Below, piece after piece: positions 1 to 10,829 of a stretch of 64,000 nt of DNA. The notes below the pieces were generated by a model that saw only the letters and a program-made list of their open reading frames with translations, ran no database searches and was not told the origin of the DNA. Origin of the DNA: Armatimonadota bacterium (GTDB lineage Bacteria; Armatimonadota; Fervidibacteria; Fervidibacterales; Fervidibacteraceae); the NCBI GenBank assembly GCA_025057575.1, contig JANXBO010000009.1:1699-65698 (forward strand), given 5' to 3'. Numbering within the stretch: position 1 is the stretch's first letter; every line of letters starts with the position of its first letter. The position numbers were made by a program, and so were the translations under genes.

Positions 1-33
1 GGTTGTGGAACAGGAGCCGGCGAGTAAGAGATT

Positions 34-465
34 CTACCGTCGTATGCCGGCTCCGTGCTGATACACCAAAACTCCGCCAAGATAGGCATTCAGGAACAGG
101 ATCCAGCAAGCCATTGCCGACAGGACGAAGTAAAGGAGAAACAGCCGAGAGTTTGATCGTTTAAGGAGGGCAAGGCGTCCCAAGAGGAGTCCTGACCAAA
201 CAACCGACAAAAGGTAGCCCAGTCGGGAATGGAGAACAAGAACCGGAAGACCTTTTCCGTTGCTGAGGGTTGCCTCGGCTGCCGTGTATTCCAATTGACC
301 GGTCAAAACAGCGATCCAAAGGAAGGCAACACCCGCGCTCAAGAGGAAAAGAGATGCCAACGCAATGTCGGGCTTTTTCCACCAGCGAGCCGCCCAGTCA
401 AGGACCAAAGCGGTTGGAAGAAGGACAATGGGGAAATGGACGGTGGCAGGATGGAGAGGCGCCAT
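34..465 (-). CDS. DUF2231-like integral membrane protein
   Basis: 143-aa ORF with N-terminal 'HPATVHFPIVLLP' motif and about four hydrophobic helices, as in DUF2231 membrane proteins. Lies 10 nt downstream of the PBP2 gene on the same strand. Confidence 0.55.
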   Translation of the reverse strand: MAPLHPATVHFPIVLLPTALVLDWAARWWKKPDIALASLFLLSAGVAFLWIAVLTGQLEYTAAEATLSNGKGLPVLVLHSRLGYLLSVVWSGLLLGRLALLKRSNSRLFLLYFVLSAMACWILFLNAYLGGVLVYQHGAGIRR

Positions 466-475
466 CGTTCCGCCG

Positions 476-2290
476 TTAGGGCATTAGAAAAGCGACCTTT
501 TGGGCGACTTGCTGTTGAAGGGGCGATGAGCCGCCAGCCTTCAGGCTGGCGTATTTTTGAAGGATTCTGTTGGCGATCGGGACGGCGACTTCGGAACCGT
601 GACCAGCGGTCTCCGCAATGACCGCAATGGCGATCTCGGGGTTTTCGGCGGGAGCGTAACAGATGAAACAGGAATGGGTCTTCTTGCTGGGACCAAACTG
701 GGCGGAGCCCGTTTTGCCGGCAACGGTGAAGCCAAGTCCTCTAAGGGCTTTCGCCGTCCCTGCCGGTCCGTGAACGCATTGGATCATCCCCTCGTGGACT
801 ACATCCCAGAGACGATGACCAGGAGCGAGACGGAAAACGATTTCGGGGCGGGGACGCTCGTCCGTTTCCCCTGACGCCAGACGGCTCTCTTTGAGCAAGC
901 GGGGACGGACGAGGCGTCCCTTGTTGGCGATCATCGCTGCCATAAGAGCCATCTGAAGGGGAGTGACGGCGACGAACCCCTGCCCGATCCCCATATTGGC
1001 GGTGTCCCCTCCGAACCATTTGATGCCGAAGCGCCGCTTCTTCCATTGGGGGGATCCAATGACCCCTGGTGCCTCCCCAGGCAGGTCTATGCCGACCCGC
1101 TGGGAGAGACCAAAAGCGCGGGAGACTTGATAGATTTTTTCGGGACCGACGGCGAGGGCAACGGTGTAAAAGTAGGTATCGCAGGATTGAGCGATGGCTT
1201 GGACGAGAGTGACCGACCCGTGCCGGCGCCAGCACCGAAAGAACCGACGACCGACGGTCTTTCCCCCGCTGCAAGAGATCCTTGTCTGCCGATTAATCGT
1301 GCCGTCCAAAAGACCGGCGACAGCCGTCACGACTTTGAAAACGGAACCGGGCGGATAGGCGGAACCAATCGCTCGGTTATGCAGCGGGCGCAACCGATCC
1401 CCCGTTAGGCTTTTCCATCGGGACCGGTCTATTCCCCCGGAGAACCAGTTGGGATCAAAAGACGGGTAAGACGCCATCGCCAATACTTCTCCGGTCGACG
1501 GCTTCATCACGACGACGGCACCAGGTCTTCCTCGGAGAGCCTCCTCGGCTTCTTTTTGAAGGTCCAGGTCCACACTGAGGGTAAGCGTCTGCCCTTTGGT
1601 GGGCGCTTTCCTGCTGATCCGGCGCACCAAAGACCCAAGGGCATCCACTTCCATCAGATCGTGCCCCGGTTGTCCCCTTAGCAAAGGCTCATAAAACCTT
1701 TCTATCCCACTCTTGCCCGTCCAGTCAAGGGGATGGAGAGAGGACCACTTTTCTATGTCCGACTTGCTGGCTCGACCGATGTATCCAAGGAGATGCGCTG
1801 CCAAGGAACCTTGAGGGTAGACTCTGGTGGATTCTTCCAGTATCGCCACCCCGTGAAGTTCGGGACCCCACTCCAAAACGCGGGTGACCGTCTCCATATC
1901 CGCCCGAACCTTAATAGGAACGGGTTCAAAAAGGGGCAACTTGTTGTCCCGAATTTTGGAAAGGGTCTCTCGGAGGAGGGAAGGCTCTATTTGGAGAATT
2001 TTGCTCAGTTCGTCGGCATCCGGTGAATGGGACGCTAACTCAGCAGGAAGAAGGGCAACGGTGAAGGACGGCTGACTAATGGCAAGGGGACGACCCTTTC
2101 GGTCCAGGATCGTGCCTCGGGGCGCTCGGATGGTGACCGCTCGCAAAAAGGACGCCTGTGCCTTTTGGGACCAGACGGCACCCTCCAGAATCTGCAGCCA
2201 GACCAATCGGATCAGGAAAGCAGCGACGCTCAGCCCGAGGATGACCGCTAAAAAGAACAGGCGCCTACGAGGAAGAGGGCTTTGATTCAT
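476..2290 (-). CDS. mrdA: Penicillin-binding protein 2 (class B peptidoglycan D,D-transpeptidase)
   Basis: 604-aa ORF with an N-terminal TM anchor (LFFLAVILGLSVAAFLI). Transpeptidase motifs are present in the canonical order: SVFK (SxxK), SCD (Sx[ND]) and KTGS (KTG). Confidence 0.9.
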   Translation of the reverse strand: MNQSPLPRRRLFFLAVILGLSVAAFLIRLVWLQILEGAVWSQKAQASFLRAVTIRAPRGTILDRKGRPLAISQPSFTVALLPAELASHSPDADELSKILQIEPSLLRETLSKIRDNKLPLFEPVPIKVRADMETVTRVLEWGPELHGVAILEESTRVYPQGSLAAHLLGYIGRASKSDIEKWSSLHPLDWTGKSGIERFYEPLLRGQPGHDLMEVDALGSLVRRISRKAPTKGQTLTLSVDLDLQKEAEEALRGRPGAVVVMKPSTGEVLAMASYPSFDPNWFSGGIDRSRWKSLTGDRLRPLHNRAIGSAYPPGSVFKVVTAVAGLLDGTINRQTRISCSGGKTVGRRFFRCWRRHGSVTLVQAIAQSCDTYFYTVALAVGPEKIYQVSRAFGLSQRVGIDLPGEAPGVIGSPQWKKRRFGIKWFGGDTANMGIGQGFVAVTPLQMALMAAMIANKGRLVRPRLLKESRLASGETDERPRPEIVFRLAPGHRLWDVVHEGMIQCVHGPAGTAKALRGLGFTVAGKTGSAQFGPSKKTHSCFICYAPAENPEIAIAVIAETAGHGSEVAVPIANRILQKYASLKAGGSSPLQQQVAQKVAFLMP

Positions 2291-2534
2291 TGGCTGACCC
2301 CTTCCCGTTTAACCAATCCAAGAATGTCCGAAGGATGATCCGTTTATATTCCGGCAACAGTCCTCGGTCTATGACCAGGATCGGTCGCCCCTTTAGGATC
2401 GCCCAGCCCGCTTTGCCCGCCCACCGACCCGTCAGAACCTGGACCCCTTTCTCGCTCAACGCCTGGAGCAGCTGGGTCCATTCCTCTTCAAAGTCCCTTT
2501 TCTTTGAGTGCGGATTCCTGAGGGTCCCCGCCAT
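2265..2534 (-). CDS. Hypothetical small protein (89 aa)
   Basis: ORF fills the gap between the amidotransferase gene and PBP2 on the same strand and overlaps the PBP2 start by 26 nt. The Shine-Dalgarno (SD) sequence is weak and no motif is recognisable. Confidence 0.35.
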   Translation of the reverse strand: MAGTLRNPHSKKRDFEEEWTQLLQALSEKGVQVLTGRWAGKAGWAILKGRPILVIDRGLLPEYKRIILRTFLDWLNGKGSANESKPSSS

Positions 2535-2540
2535 CGTTGC

Positions 2541-3305
2541 TCACTGTCGTTCACAAGCCCTAACGAACGCCTGGAAAAGTTTCTGGGCATGGGCCTCCTC
2601 CTGCTGGCGTTCCGGATGCCACTGGACGCCCAAAAGAAAAGACCACTCCTTCTCATCGGCTTCAACGGCTTCCACGATCCTGTCAGGAGCATAGGCGACT
2701 GCTTTTAAGCCCAATCCCAAATCTTTTACCGCCTGATGATGGGAACTGGCGACGTTGATCGTTTCTTGACCAATGATCCCATAAAGGCGGCTTTCTTGAT
2801 GAAGGGAAACGGGATGGTAGGCATCCCCGCAGGATTGACTATGGACCAGGGGTTTGGTCCACTGGCTGGGAATGTCTTGAACCAACTTTCCTCCAAAATA
2901 AACATTGATCATCTGACATCCGTAGCAGATCCCCAAAACGGGCTTGCCGGTCCCTCTGATCCGGTCCAAAAGTGCTTTTTCTACAATGAACCTGTGTTTC
3001 ATATTCTCATCGGTGCGGGTCTTGCAATGAGCCCTTTCCCCGTAAAGTTCTGGCGGGATATCGCGGTCGCCGGTGAGGAGAAGACCGTCAAAAGAGTCCA
3101 AAAGTTCCACCGCCTCTTCGGGCGTTGCCGCCCAGACAACCTGTCGCAAGGCTATTTCCCGAACGCCCGTGCTGGGTCCCGTGGCGATAAAGAAAGCCTC
3201 CGCCCCTGCATTTTCTACGGCAACGGCGTAGTTCAGCAAGGACTTAACTTTAGAACACTCATCCAATCTGCTTCCGCTGGTGACGATCGCAATGCGCCTC
3301 TTCAT
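2541..3305 (-). CDS. Class I glutamine amidotransferase / gamma-glutamyl hydrolase-like (peptidase C26 family)
   Basis: Nucleophile elbow 'GICYGCQMI' and C-terminal 'GVQWHPE' His-Glu motif, both typical of GATase1/PuuD-like enzymes. Confidence 0.8.
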   Translation of the reverse strand: MKRRIAIVTSGSRLDECSKVKSLLNYAVAVENAGAEAFFIATGPSTGVREIALRQVVWAATPEEAVELLDSFDGLLLTGDRDIPPELYGERAHCKTRTDENMKHRFIVEKALLDRIRGTGKPVLGICYGCQMINVYFGGKLVQDIPSQWTKPLVHSQSCGDAYHPVSLHQESRLYGIIGQETINVASSHHQAVKDLGLGLKAVAYAPDRIVEAVEADEKEWSFLLGVQWHPERQQEEAHAQKLFQAFVRACERQ

Positions 3306-3382
3306 CTTTTCCTCCTTCGCCTTTTGATCCGCTGTCTGTCGCTACACTTTGCCGCAAGAGCATCCCTTTTGGAGGGTGTCTG

Positions 3383-4132
3383 TTGCGGAAATCCGAAATT
3401 GAGAAGATGGCTCGGTTGGAAAAGACCTACTGGTGGTTTGTCGGGCGGCGGTTTCTGATCCAACTCCTTTTAAGTCGTTACGGTTACCGGCTACCGTCAC
3501 AGTCCTTGATTTTGGACATTGGCTGCGGGAGTGGGGGCAATTTGCCTCTTTTGTCTCGGTGGGGAAAGGTGGTGGGTCTGGATCCCTCTCCGACGGCTTT
3601 GCGATGGGCTCGTCAAAAAAAGATCGGTTTTCTGGTCCTGGGCGATGGTCATCACCTTCCTTTTCAGGATCGTTCCTTTGACCTGGTGACCCTTTTGGAT
3701 GTGCTGGAGCATATGGACGACGATCGTCGGGGGCTCAAGGAGGTCTGGCGCGTTTTAAAGCCCCAAGGGATCTTGATTCTCACCGTTCCCGCCTTTATGA
3801 GCCTTTGGAGCGGTCACGACATCGCTTTGGGTCATCGCCGGCGGTATCTTTTGAAGCCGTTATCAAATCTTCTGCAGGAATGCGGCTTTCAAAACCGCTT
3901 GATCCGATACTGTATCATCGGGGTCTTCCCTGCCGTTTACATCTTTCGTAAAGTTCAGAAATATTTGGGTGCTGGTAAAGAGGCAACGACTGCCCTGATA
4001 GAGTTGCCCGATTTTCTGAATCGGCTATTGATCCAGATCTTGAAAGTGGAGGCACTGCTCTTAGAGGTTTTAAAGGCACCCTTTGGTGTTTCCATTGTGG
4101 CGGTCTGCCAAAAAATTGATCCTGGGTCTTGA
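3383..4132 (+). CDS. Class I SAM-dependent methyltransferase
   Basis: Motif I 'ILDIGCGSGGN' and post-I/II 'LDVLEHMDD'. TTG start is preceded by a GGAGGGTG SD. Confidence 0.8.
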   Translation: MRKSEIEKMARLEKTYWWFVGRRFLIQLLLSRYGYRLPSQSLILDIGCGSGGNLPLLSRWGKVVGLDPSPTALRWARQKKIGFLVLGDGHHLPFQDRSFDLVTLLDVLEHMDDDRRGLKEVWRVLKPQGILILTVPAFMSLWSGHDIALGHRRRYLLKPLSNLLQECGFQNRLIRYCIIGVFPAVYIFRKVQKYLGAGKEATTALIELPDFLNRLLIQILKVEALLLEVLKAPFGVSIVAVCQKIDPGS

Positions 4133-4191
4133 CTGAACCTGTCTAAAGAGTCAGAGTTAAGGGTCTGGAACCCACTAAAACGATAAAGGAG

Positions 4192-5628
4192 ATGCCCGAA
4201 GTGCGCAGGAAAAAACTCCTTGTGGACCGATTCTGGGCGTCCCGAAAACTGATTCATCCCCGCGAGGAAGTGAGCCAGGTCGTCCACGAAATCCGTCGTT
4301 TTCTGTCCTCTCGGCAGACCGAGGGAATGAGGAAGTTTGTGGAGCAGTTCCATCCGGCGGATATCGCCGTCGCCCTTCGGTTTTTGCACGACTCGGAGAA
4401 GGAGCAGGTCTTCCGCCTTTTGGACACGGACGCGGCAGCGGAGGTTTTGGATGAAGTGGATGAAGCCACCGAACGGCATCTGGTGCAAACCACCGAACCG
4501 GAACGACTCTCCGATCTCTTAGAAGTCCTTCCCCCTGATGAAAGTGCCGACATCGTCGGACAACTGGAGCCGGAAAAGCGAGAAAAGGTTTTGGAGCTAA
4601 TGGAGCCGATAGAAGCCAGCCAAGTCCGCCGTCTCCTCCAGTATCCCCCCGACACCGCCGGCGGGATTATGTCCCCCGAGTTCGTCGCAGTCCGTGAGGA
4701 TATGACCGTTGAACAGGTCCTTTCAACCCTGAGAGACCGAGCCGACGCCGAAGCCATTTTTTACGTCTACGTTGTGGACGCTCAGGGGATTCTCAAGGGT
4801 GTCCTGAACCTGCGCCGCCTGTTGACAGCGTCCTTAGACACTCCTGTCTCGGAAATAATGACCCACGGGGTCGTCTTCGTCTTTCCCGATCAGGACCAAG
4901 AAGAGGTCGCCCAGATGTTCGCCCGCTACGACCTTCTGGCGGTCCCCGTCGTGGACCATACCTATCGTTTGATCGGCACCATCACCGTGGATGATGTGAT
5001 GGACGTTTTGCAGGAAGAGTTGACGGAAGACTACTTCCGAATCGTCGGTTCCGATGCTGCCGAATTGGAAAGAAAATCCCCTGCCGAAGTCGCCCGCTTG
5101 CGCCTCCCCTGGCTGTCGATTACCGTTTTTATTGAACTGATCGCCGGCGCCATCATCCATACTTTTAATGACACTCTGGCGCAACTGATCCTTCTGACTT
5201 CCTTTATTCCGGTCATTCAAGCGGTTTCGGGGAACACCGGCTTGCAGGCTGCTACCATCGTCGTTCGGGGACTGGCGACGGGGCACGTGCAGTTGAAGGA
5301 ATGGCGCAAGGCAGTCGCCAAGCAATTCAAGACGACGGTTCTTTTGGGCTTGGCTCTCGGCAGTGCCCTGTTCGTCATCGCCGGCTTTTGGAGGGGGCTG
5401 ACCGAAGGGCAGATTTTTGATCCCGCCTTTGGTCTGGTCGTAGCGGTTTCTATGTTTCTGACCATCAACCTCTCTGGCATCGTCGGCACGATCATCCCGA
5501 TGATCTCCAAGAGACTGGGGTTTGACCCGGCTGTGACCGCCGGTCCCTTTGAAACGGCTTTCCAGGACGTGGTGGGGGTCACCATCCTTCTCGGAATAGC
5601 AACCTTGCTTCTTTCTATCCTGAAATAA
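4192..5628 (+). CDS. mgtE: Magnesium transporter MgtE
   Basis: 478 aa with an MgtE N-domain, tandem CBS region (GILKGVLNLRRLL, RLIGTITVDDVMDVL) and a five-helix C-terminal channel domain. A GTG start at 4201 is also possible. Confidence 0.92.
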   Translation: MPEVRRKKLLVDRFWASRKLIHPREEVSQVVHEIRRFLSSRQTEGMRKFVEQFHPADIAVALRFLHDSEKEQVFRLLDTDAAAEVLDEVDEATERHLVQTTEPERLSDLLEVLPPDESADIVGQLEPEKREKVLELMEPIEASQVRRLLQYPPDTAGGIMSPEFVAVREDMTVEQVLSTLRDRADAEAIFYVYVVDAQGILKGVLNLRRLLTASLDTPVSEIMTHGVVFVFPDQDQEEVAQMFARYDLLAVPVVDHTYRLIGTITVDDVMDVLQEELTEDYFRIVGSDAAELERKSPAEVARLRLPWLSITVFIELIAGAIIHTFNDTLAQLILLTSFIPVIQAVSGNTGLQAATIVVRGLATGHVQLKEWRKAVAKQFKTTVLLGLALGSALFVIAGFWRGLTEGQIFDPAFGLVVAVSMFLTINLSGIVGTIIPMISKRLGFDPAVTAGPFETAFQDVVGVTILLGIATLLLSILK

Positions 5629-5703
5629 AAAGGGTGGCTGTGGCAAAAAAGAGCAAAGGGTGCAAGGCGGCGAGGGCGCCGGACGGGCAGGCGGGGGCAA
5701 TCG

Positions 5704-5732
5704 TTGACACGAGAGCGAAATTTGTCTAAAAT
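5704..5732 (+). promoter_or_regulatory. Sigma-70-type promoter upstream of prkA (TTGACA-17 nt-TAAAAT)
   Basis: Direct read: TTGACA at 5704-5709, 17-nt spacer, TAAAAT at 5727-5732. Predicts a leader of about 120 nt before the prkA start. Confidence 0.5.
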
Positions 5733-5855
5733 AGCAGTCACTTAATCAGGACCTTGAAAAGGAAGGGCGCAAGTTTCAGGGAAAGCGGCGCACAACCGTG
5801 ACCCCAGCCCTGAAGAAGGACTTTCCCGCAACAAAAGCGGGACTTTTAACAGGGG

Positions 5856-7970
5856 GTGTCGTCGTTAATGACAAACCAGCGATTGAGCGGGGCGACGACC
5901 CAGCAGGGCGATGGGGTGGTAGGGAGAGAGGTCTTAGCCCGCTTAGCACAGTTAGATGATTGGTCACAGTATCGAGAGCATCACTGGGAGGGGACCTTCA
6001 GCCAATACTTGGAGATCGTCCTGAAGGATCCCCGACCCCTTCGGTCTGCTTTCCAGCGGCTCTACGATATGATCCTTTCCTTTGGGGCGACCGAATACAC
6101 TCAGCATCGTCAGAAACGCATTCACTACCATTTCTTTGACGATCCCGTCGGTAGCGGTGAAGATGCTCTTTTTGGACTGGACCTACACTTAATGAGTCTG
6201 GTCAACATTTTCAAATCAGCAGCCCGACGATATGGCACCGAAAGGAGAATCATTCTCCTGCACGGACCCGTCGGGAGCGCCAAGAGCACGATCGTCCGGC
6301 TCCTAAAGAAAGGTCTGGAATACTACACCCGCCAGCCGGAGGGTGCCCTTTACTCCTTCAGTTGGCTTTTGCCGGACGGAAACCTGGCACCTTGCCCCCT
6401 GAACGAAGAACCTTTGAAACTACTCCCTGAAAAGGTCCGACAGGCGTTTCTAAAGGAGATCAACCAAGGCAAGAGAGAAGACGAACAGGTTTGGGTGGAA
6501 GGCGATTTATGCCCGGTCTGTCGGTTTTACTTTAAGCAGTTTGTCAAGGAAGCGTCGGGCGACTGGGAAAAGGTATTAGCCGAAAAGATTCGGGTCCGCC
6601 GAGTGATCTTCAATGAAAAGGATCGGGTCGGCATCGGAACCTTCCAGCCGAAAGACGAGAAGAATCAGGACAGCACCGAACTAACGGGAGACATTGACTA
6701 CCGTCTGATCGCCATCTACGGCTCCGATAGCGATCCAAGGGCTTTTCGCTTTGACGGTGAATTCTGCGTCGCCAATAGGGGTCTGATTGAGTTCATTGAG
6801 ATGCTCAAACTGGACGTTGCCTTCCTCTACGATCTTTTGGGTGCCTCTCAGGAACACACGATCAAGCCCAAAAAGTTCGCTCAAACGGACATTGACGAAG
6901 TCATCATCGCCCACACCAACGAACCGGAATACCGCAAACTTCAGCGCAACGAATATATGGAAGCCCTCCGGGACCGGACGATCAAGGTGGACATTCCTTA
7001 TGTCTTGAAAGTCAGCGATGAGGTGAAGATTTACAGCAAATTTTTTAACCCGTCCCGAGTAAAGGGAAAGCATATTGCCCCTCACACCCTGGAAGTCGCC
7101 GCCATGTGGGCGATCTTGACCCGACTGGAGGACCCAAAGAAGTTTCAGGTCAGTCTCCTTCAGAAGATGAAACTTTATGACGGAAGGGCTCTCCCCGGTT
7201 TTACCGAGGACCATATTCTGGAACTGAGAGACGAGGCACCCCGAGAGGGAATGTTCGGCATCTCGCCCCGTTATGTAATGGACAAAATCTCCAACGCTCT
7301 CGTCAGTGAAGAGAGCCCTTCTTGCATCAATCCCTTTGTCGTCCTCAAGGAACTGGATGATGGGCTGGACCATTATTCCCTTATTAGCAACGAAGACCAA
7401 CGCAGGCGCTACCGAGACCTCCTTTCCCTTGTCCGCCAGGAATATGATGAGATGATCAAAAATGAAGTCCGCCGCGCCATTACCGCTGACGAAGAGGCGC
7501 TGAAACGAGTTTTTCAAAACTACATTGAAAATGTCAAGGCTTATGTCCGGGGCGAAAAGGTTCGCAACCGTTTGACCGGCGAGCCGGAGGAGCCCGATGA
7601 GCGGTTGATGAGGTCCATTGAGGAGAAGATAGACATTCCCGTTTCCCGCAAAGACGACTTTAGACGGGAGATAATGAACTACATCGCCAGCCTGGCGTTG
7701 GAAGGCAAAACCTTTGACTACAAGAGCAACGAAAGACTCCTTCGGGCGCTGGAACTAAAACTCTTTGAGGATCAGAAAGATTCCATTCGCCTCGGTTCCT
7801 TGGTCACGGGCGCCGTGGACCGAGAGACCCAAGAGAAAATTGATGTGATTAAGACCCGTCTGATCCGCGACTACGGCTATTGCGAAACCTGTGCCACGGA
7901 CATTCTGACCTATGTCGCCAGCATCTTCGCCCGAGGGGATATTAAGGAGCGAGAGGAGAGCCGACGGTAA
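5856..7970 (+). CDS. prkA: PrkA family serine protein kinase (AAA-type)
   Basis: 704 aa with Walker A '[12 protein letters not shown]' and end-to-end resemblance to PrkA/YeaG. An ATG at 5868 is an alternative start with better SD spacing. Confidence 0.92.
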   Translation: MSSLMTNQRLSGATTQQGDGVVGREVLARLAQLDDWSQYREHHWEGTFSQYLEIVLKDPRPLRSAFQRLYDMILSFGATEYTQHRQKRIHYHFFDDPVGSGEDALFGLDLHLMSLVNIFKSAARRYGTERRIILLHGPVGSAKSTIVRLLKKGLEYYTRQPEGALYSFSWLLPDGNLAPCPLNEEPLKLLPEKVRQAFLKEINQGKREDEQVWVEGDLCPVCRFYFKQFVKEASGDWEKVLAEKIRVRRVIFNEKDRVGIGTFQPKDEKNQDSTELTGDIDYRLIAIYGSDSDPRAFRFDGEFCVANRGLIEFIEMLKLDVAFLYDLLGASQEHTIKPKKFAQTDIDEVIIAHTNEPEYRKLQRNEYMEALRDRTIKVDIPYVLKVSDEVKIYSKFFNPSRVKGKHIAPHTLEVAAMWAILTRLEDPKKFQVSLLQKMKLYDGRALPGFTEDHILELRDEAPREGMFGISPRYVMDKISNALVSEESPSCINPFVVLKELDDGLDHYSLISNEDQRRRYRDLLSLVRQEYDEMIKNEVRRAITADEEALKRVFQNYIENVKAYVRGEKVRNRLTGEPEEPDERLMRSIEEKIDIPVSRKDDFRREIMNYIASLALEGKTFDYKSNERLLRALELKLFEDQKDSIRLGSLVTGAVDRETQEKIDVIKTRLIRDYGYCETCATDILTYVASIFARGDIKEREESRR

Positions 7971-8149
7971 GTTGGTCAACTTCCCCTTCTCGTTGCCTTT
8001 CTCCTCAACTTTTTCCGGTAGGTTGACCAAGTTGAGATGCCAAAGGGAGAGAAGATCCTCTGCGATTGAGGAGTTCGTTGTCGGACAGAAAAAAGGGTTT
8101 AAAGACCTACCGATGAATTTACCGATTCCTTGGCTTTTAGGGTGCCACA

Positions 8150-9304
8150 ATGGCAGAGAGAATTGAACGCGATTGGGCGCGCTTTCGGGACATTGTTCGG
8201 GGAAAGATAAGGCAGAATCTCCGCCGCTATGTGGCGCACCGGGATCTGATCGGTCGGCAGGGTCGGTCGGTCGTTTCCATTCCCATTCCCCAGATTGAAC
8301 TGCCCCATTTTACTTACCAGTGGGAGCAGGTGGGCGGTATCGGACAGGGTGAAGGGGAAGAGGGCGAGCCGCTTTGGCTGGGAGAGGAAGAGGGTTCGGG
8401 CAGAGGCGGCGCGGGATGGCAACCAGGTCTCCATCCGATTGAGTTGGAAGTCACGATTGAGGAAATGGTCGCTCTTCTCGGAGAGGAGTTGGAACTGCCG
8501 GCGCTAAAGAACAAGTCCGCCGGTCCGATGGAAAGTCTCCATTATCGGTACCGGTCCCTGCGACGAGTCGGACCCGAATCCCTTCGCCACTTCCGCCGGA
8601 CCTATCGGGAAGCCCTTAAAAGACAACTGCAAGCCGGGCTCTACAATCCGGACGATCCCAAGGTCATCCCGATCCAGAGAGACAAGAGATACCGGGCTCC
8701 CGATATGACGACCGAAGAGGAAAGTCGGGCGGTCATCTTCTTTATGATGGACGTCTCGGGGAGTATGGGGGATCGTCAAAAAGAACTGGTTCGGACCACT
8801 GCCTTCTGGATAGATCAGTGGATTAAAAGACACTACCAAGGTGTGGAACACCGATACATTGCCCACGACGCCGCTGCCCGAGAGGTGAGTGGGGACCTCT
8901 TTTACAAGATTAAGGAGAGTGGCGGAACGAAGATCTCTTCTGCCTACGACCTTTGTGCCAAAATGATCGCCCGACAGTTTGACCCTGATGAGTGGAACAT
9001 CTACGCCTTTCACTTCAGCGATGGGGACAACTGGGAAGAGGACGACGAGACTGCTCTGCACATTCTCAAAGACCGTCTCCTCCCCACCCTTAATCTCTTC
9101 GGCTATTGTCAAGTGAAAAGTCACTGGGGCACCGGTCGGTTCCTTTTGGAACTGAGCGATGAGGTAGACGACTTTGATAATGTGCGGACGACGGAGATTG
9201 CTTCTGAAGACCAAATTTTCGACGCCATTAAGGACCTTTTGGGAAGAAAAGAAGGGCGGACCGACGAGTCAACAATGTTTCAGAGCCGCCCGAGCACCCT
9301 CTGA
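8150..9304 (+). CDS. yeaH: YeaH/YhbH family protein (DUF444, vWA-like)
   Basis: 384 aa with MIDAS-like 'FFMMDVSGSMG' and 'FHFSDGDNW'. Lies immediately downstream of prkA, the classical synteny. Confidence 0.9.
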   Translation: MAERIERDWARFRDIVRGKIRQNLRRYVAHRDLIGRQGRSVVSIPIPQIELPHFTYQWEQVGGIGQGEGEEGEPLWLGEEEGSGRGGAGWQPGLHPIELEVTIEEMVALLGEELELPALKNKSAGPMESLHYRYRSLRRVGPESLRHFRRTYREALKRQLQAGLYNPDDPKVIPIQRDKRYRAPDMTTEEESRAVIFFMMDVSGSMGDRQKELVRTTAFWIDQWIKRHYQGVEHRYIAHDAAAREVSGDLFYKIKESGGTKISSAYDLCAKMIARQFDPDEWNIYAFHFSDGDNWEEDDETALHILKDRLLPTLNLFGYCQVKSHWGTGRFLLELSDEVDDFDNVRTTEIASEDQIFDAIKDLLGRKEGRTDESTMFQSRPSTL

Positions 9305-9310
9305 ACGGTC

Positions 9311-10789
9311 ATGATCACCACGACGGAACTGAAACATATTCAGGAAGAGATAGAACAAATCGCCCGAGATTTTGGTCTGGACTTTTATCCGGTCATCTTT
9401 GAGGTCGTCGGTTATCAACAGATGAACGCTTTAGCCGCTTACGAAGGTTTTCCGGTTCGTTATCCCCACTGGCGGTTCGGTATGGCATACGAAGCCGCCC
9501 GAAGGGCTCACGCTTATGGTCTCCAGCATATTTATGAGATGGTCATCAACAATCAACCCTGCTATGCCTATTTGCTCGCCAGCAACACCCTTACCGAAAA
9601 CAAAATGGTCATCGCCCACGTTTATGCTCATTGCGATTTCTTTAAAAACAACCAGTGGGTTGCTCCCACTAACAGAAAGATTTTGGACGAATTAGCGAAT
9701 CACGCCGTCTTGGTAGAGAGGATGATGGACCGCTACGGTGCAGACCGAGTGGAATTTTTTCTTGATACCTGCTTGAGCCTCAAGAATCTGATTGACTATC
9801 ACTCCCTTTACATCCGACGGTCAAGGCAAGACGATCGAGAAGAGTCCCAAACCCCTTTTCCCAAGGTGCCCAAACTTCCCAGCAAACCTTACTTGGACCG
9901 ATGGATCAATCCTCCCGACTTTCTTGAGGAGATCCGCCAAATAAGGGAGAAGCAGAAAGAAAAACCCCGCTCGTTCCCACCACGACCCGAGAGGGACCTA
10001 CTCCTTTTTTTGATCCTCCACGCACCGATTGATGATTGGCAGAGAGACCTCCTCTCCATCATCCGTGAGGAAAGTTACTACTTCGCTCCGCTTCAGGCAA
10101 CAAAGATCCTCAACGAGGGATGGGCAACCTTTTGGCACCGAAAGATTATGACCGAAAAGGTTCTATCGGACCGAGAGGTGATTGACTACGCCGACCGCCA
10201 TTCGTCCGTCACCGCTTCCTCCAGTGGGTTCTTAAATCCTTATAAGTTCGGATTGGCGCTGCTGGAAGACATTAAGGAACGATGGGACACCGGTCGTTTC
10301 GGTAAGGAGTATGAATCGTGTTCCGATCTGGTCTTGAAGCAGAACTGGGATCAGAAACTGGGTCTGGGTTTACAAAAGTTATTTGAAGTGCGCACGGTTC
10401 ACAACGATGTCACCTTTGTTGACGCCTTTCTCACCGATGAATTTGTCACAAAACACCGTCTCTTTGCCTATCGGTTTAATCCGACGACAAGAGCGTATGA
10501 AGTAGAGACCAGAGACTGGCAAAAGGTTAAGGAACGACTCGTCTTTCTGTTGACCAACAACGGTCATCCGATTATTTGGATCACCGATGCCAACTATCGC
10601 AATCGGTCCGAACTTTACCTGTGGCATCAACACGAGGGTGTTGACTTACGATGGGACTATGCAGTGGAAACACTCAAGAGAATTCACAACCTTTGGAAAA
10701 GACCCGTTCATCTGGAGTCTATAAAGAATCGGCGAAGAGTTCGGGTTTCCGTCCTGAGAGACGACACGGTCCAGGAGGAAGTTCTTTAA
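9311..10789 (+). CDS. spoVR: SpoVR family protein (YcgB-like)
   Basis: 492 aa with conserved 'VIAHVYAHCDFFKNN' and 'ILNEGWATFWH' blocks. Third gene of the prkA module, 6 nt after yeaH. Confidence 0.9.
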   Translation: MITTTELKHIQEEIEQIARDFGLDFYPVIFEVVGYQQMNALAAYEGFPVRYPHWRFGMAYEAARRAHAYGLQHIYEMVINNQPCYAYLLASNTLTENKMVIAHVYAHCDFFKNNQWVAPTNRKILDELANHAVLVERMMDRYGADRVEFFLDTCLSLKNLIDYHSLYIRRSRQDDREESQTPFPKVPKLPSKPYLDRWINPPDFLEEIRQIREKQKEKPRSFPPRPERDLLLFLILHAPIDDWQRDLLSIIREESYYFAPLQATKILNEGWATFWHRKIMTEKVLSDREVIDYADRHSSVTASSSGFLNPYKFGLALLEDIKERWDTGRFGKEYESCSDLVLKQNWDQKLGLGLQKLFEVRTVHNDVTFVDAFLTDEFVTKHRLFAYRFNPTTRAYEVETRDWQKVKERLVFLLTNNGHPIIWITDANYRNRSELYLWHQHEGVDLRWDYAVETLKRIHNLWKRPVHLESIKNRRRVRVSVLRDDTVQEEVL

Positions 10790-10829
10790 CAAAGGACTTT
10801 AATGACGGTCCGAGGGAGGGAAGTGGGCT

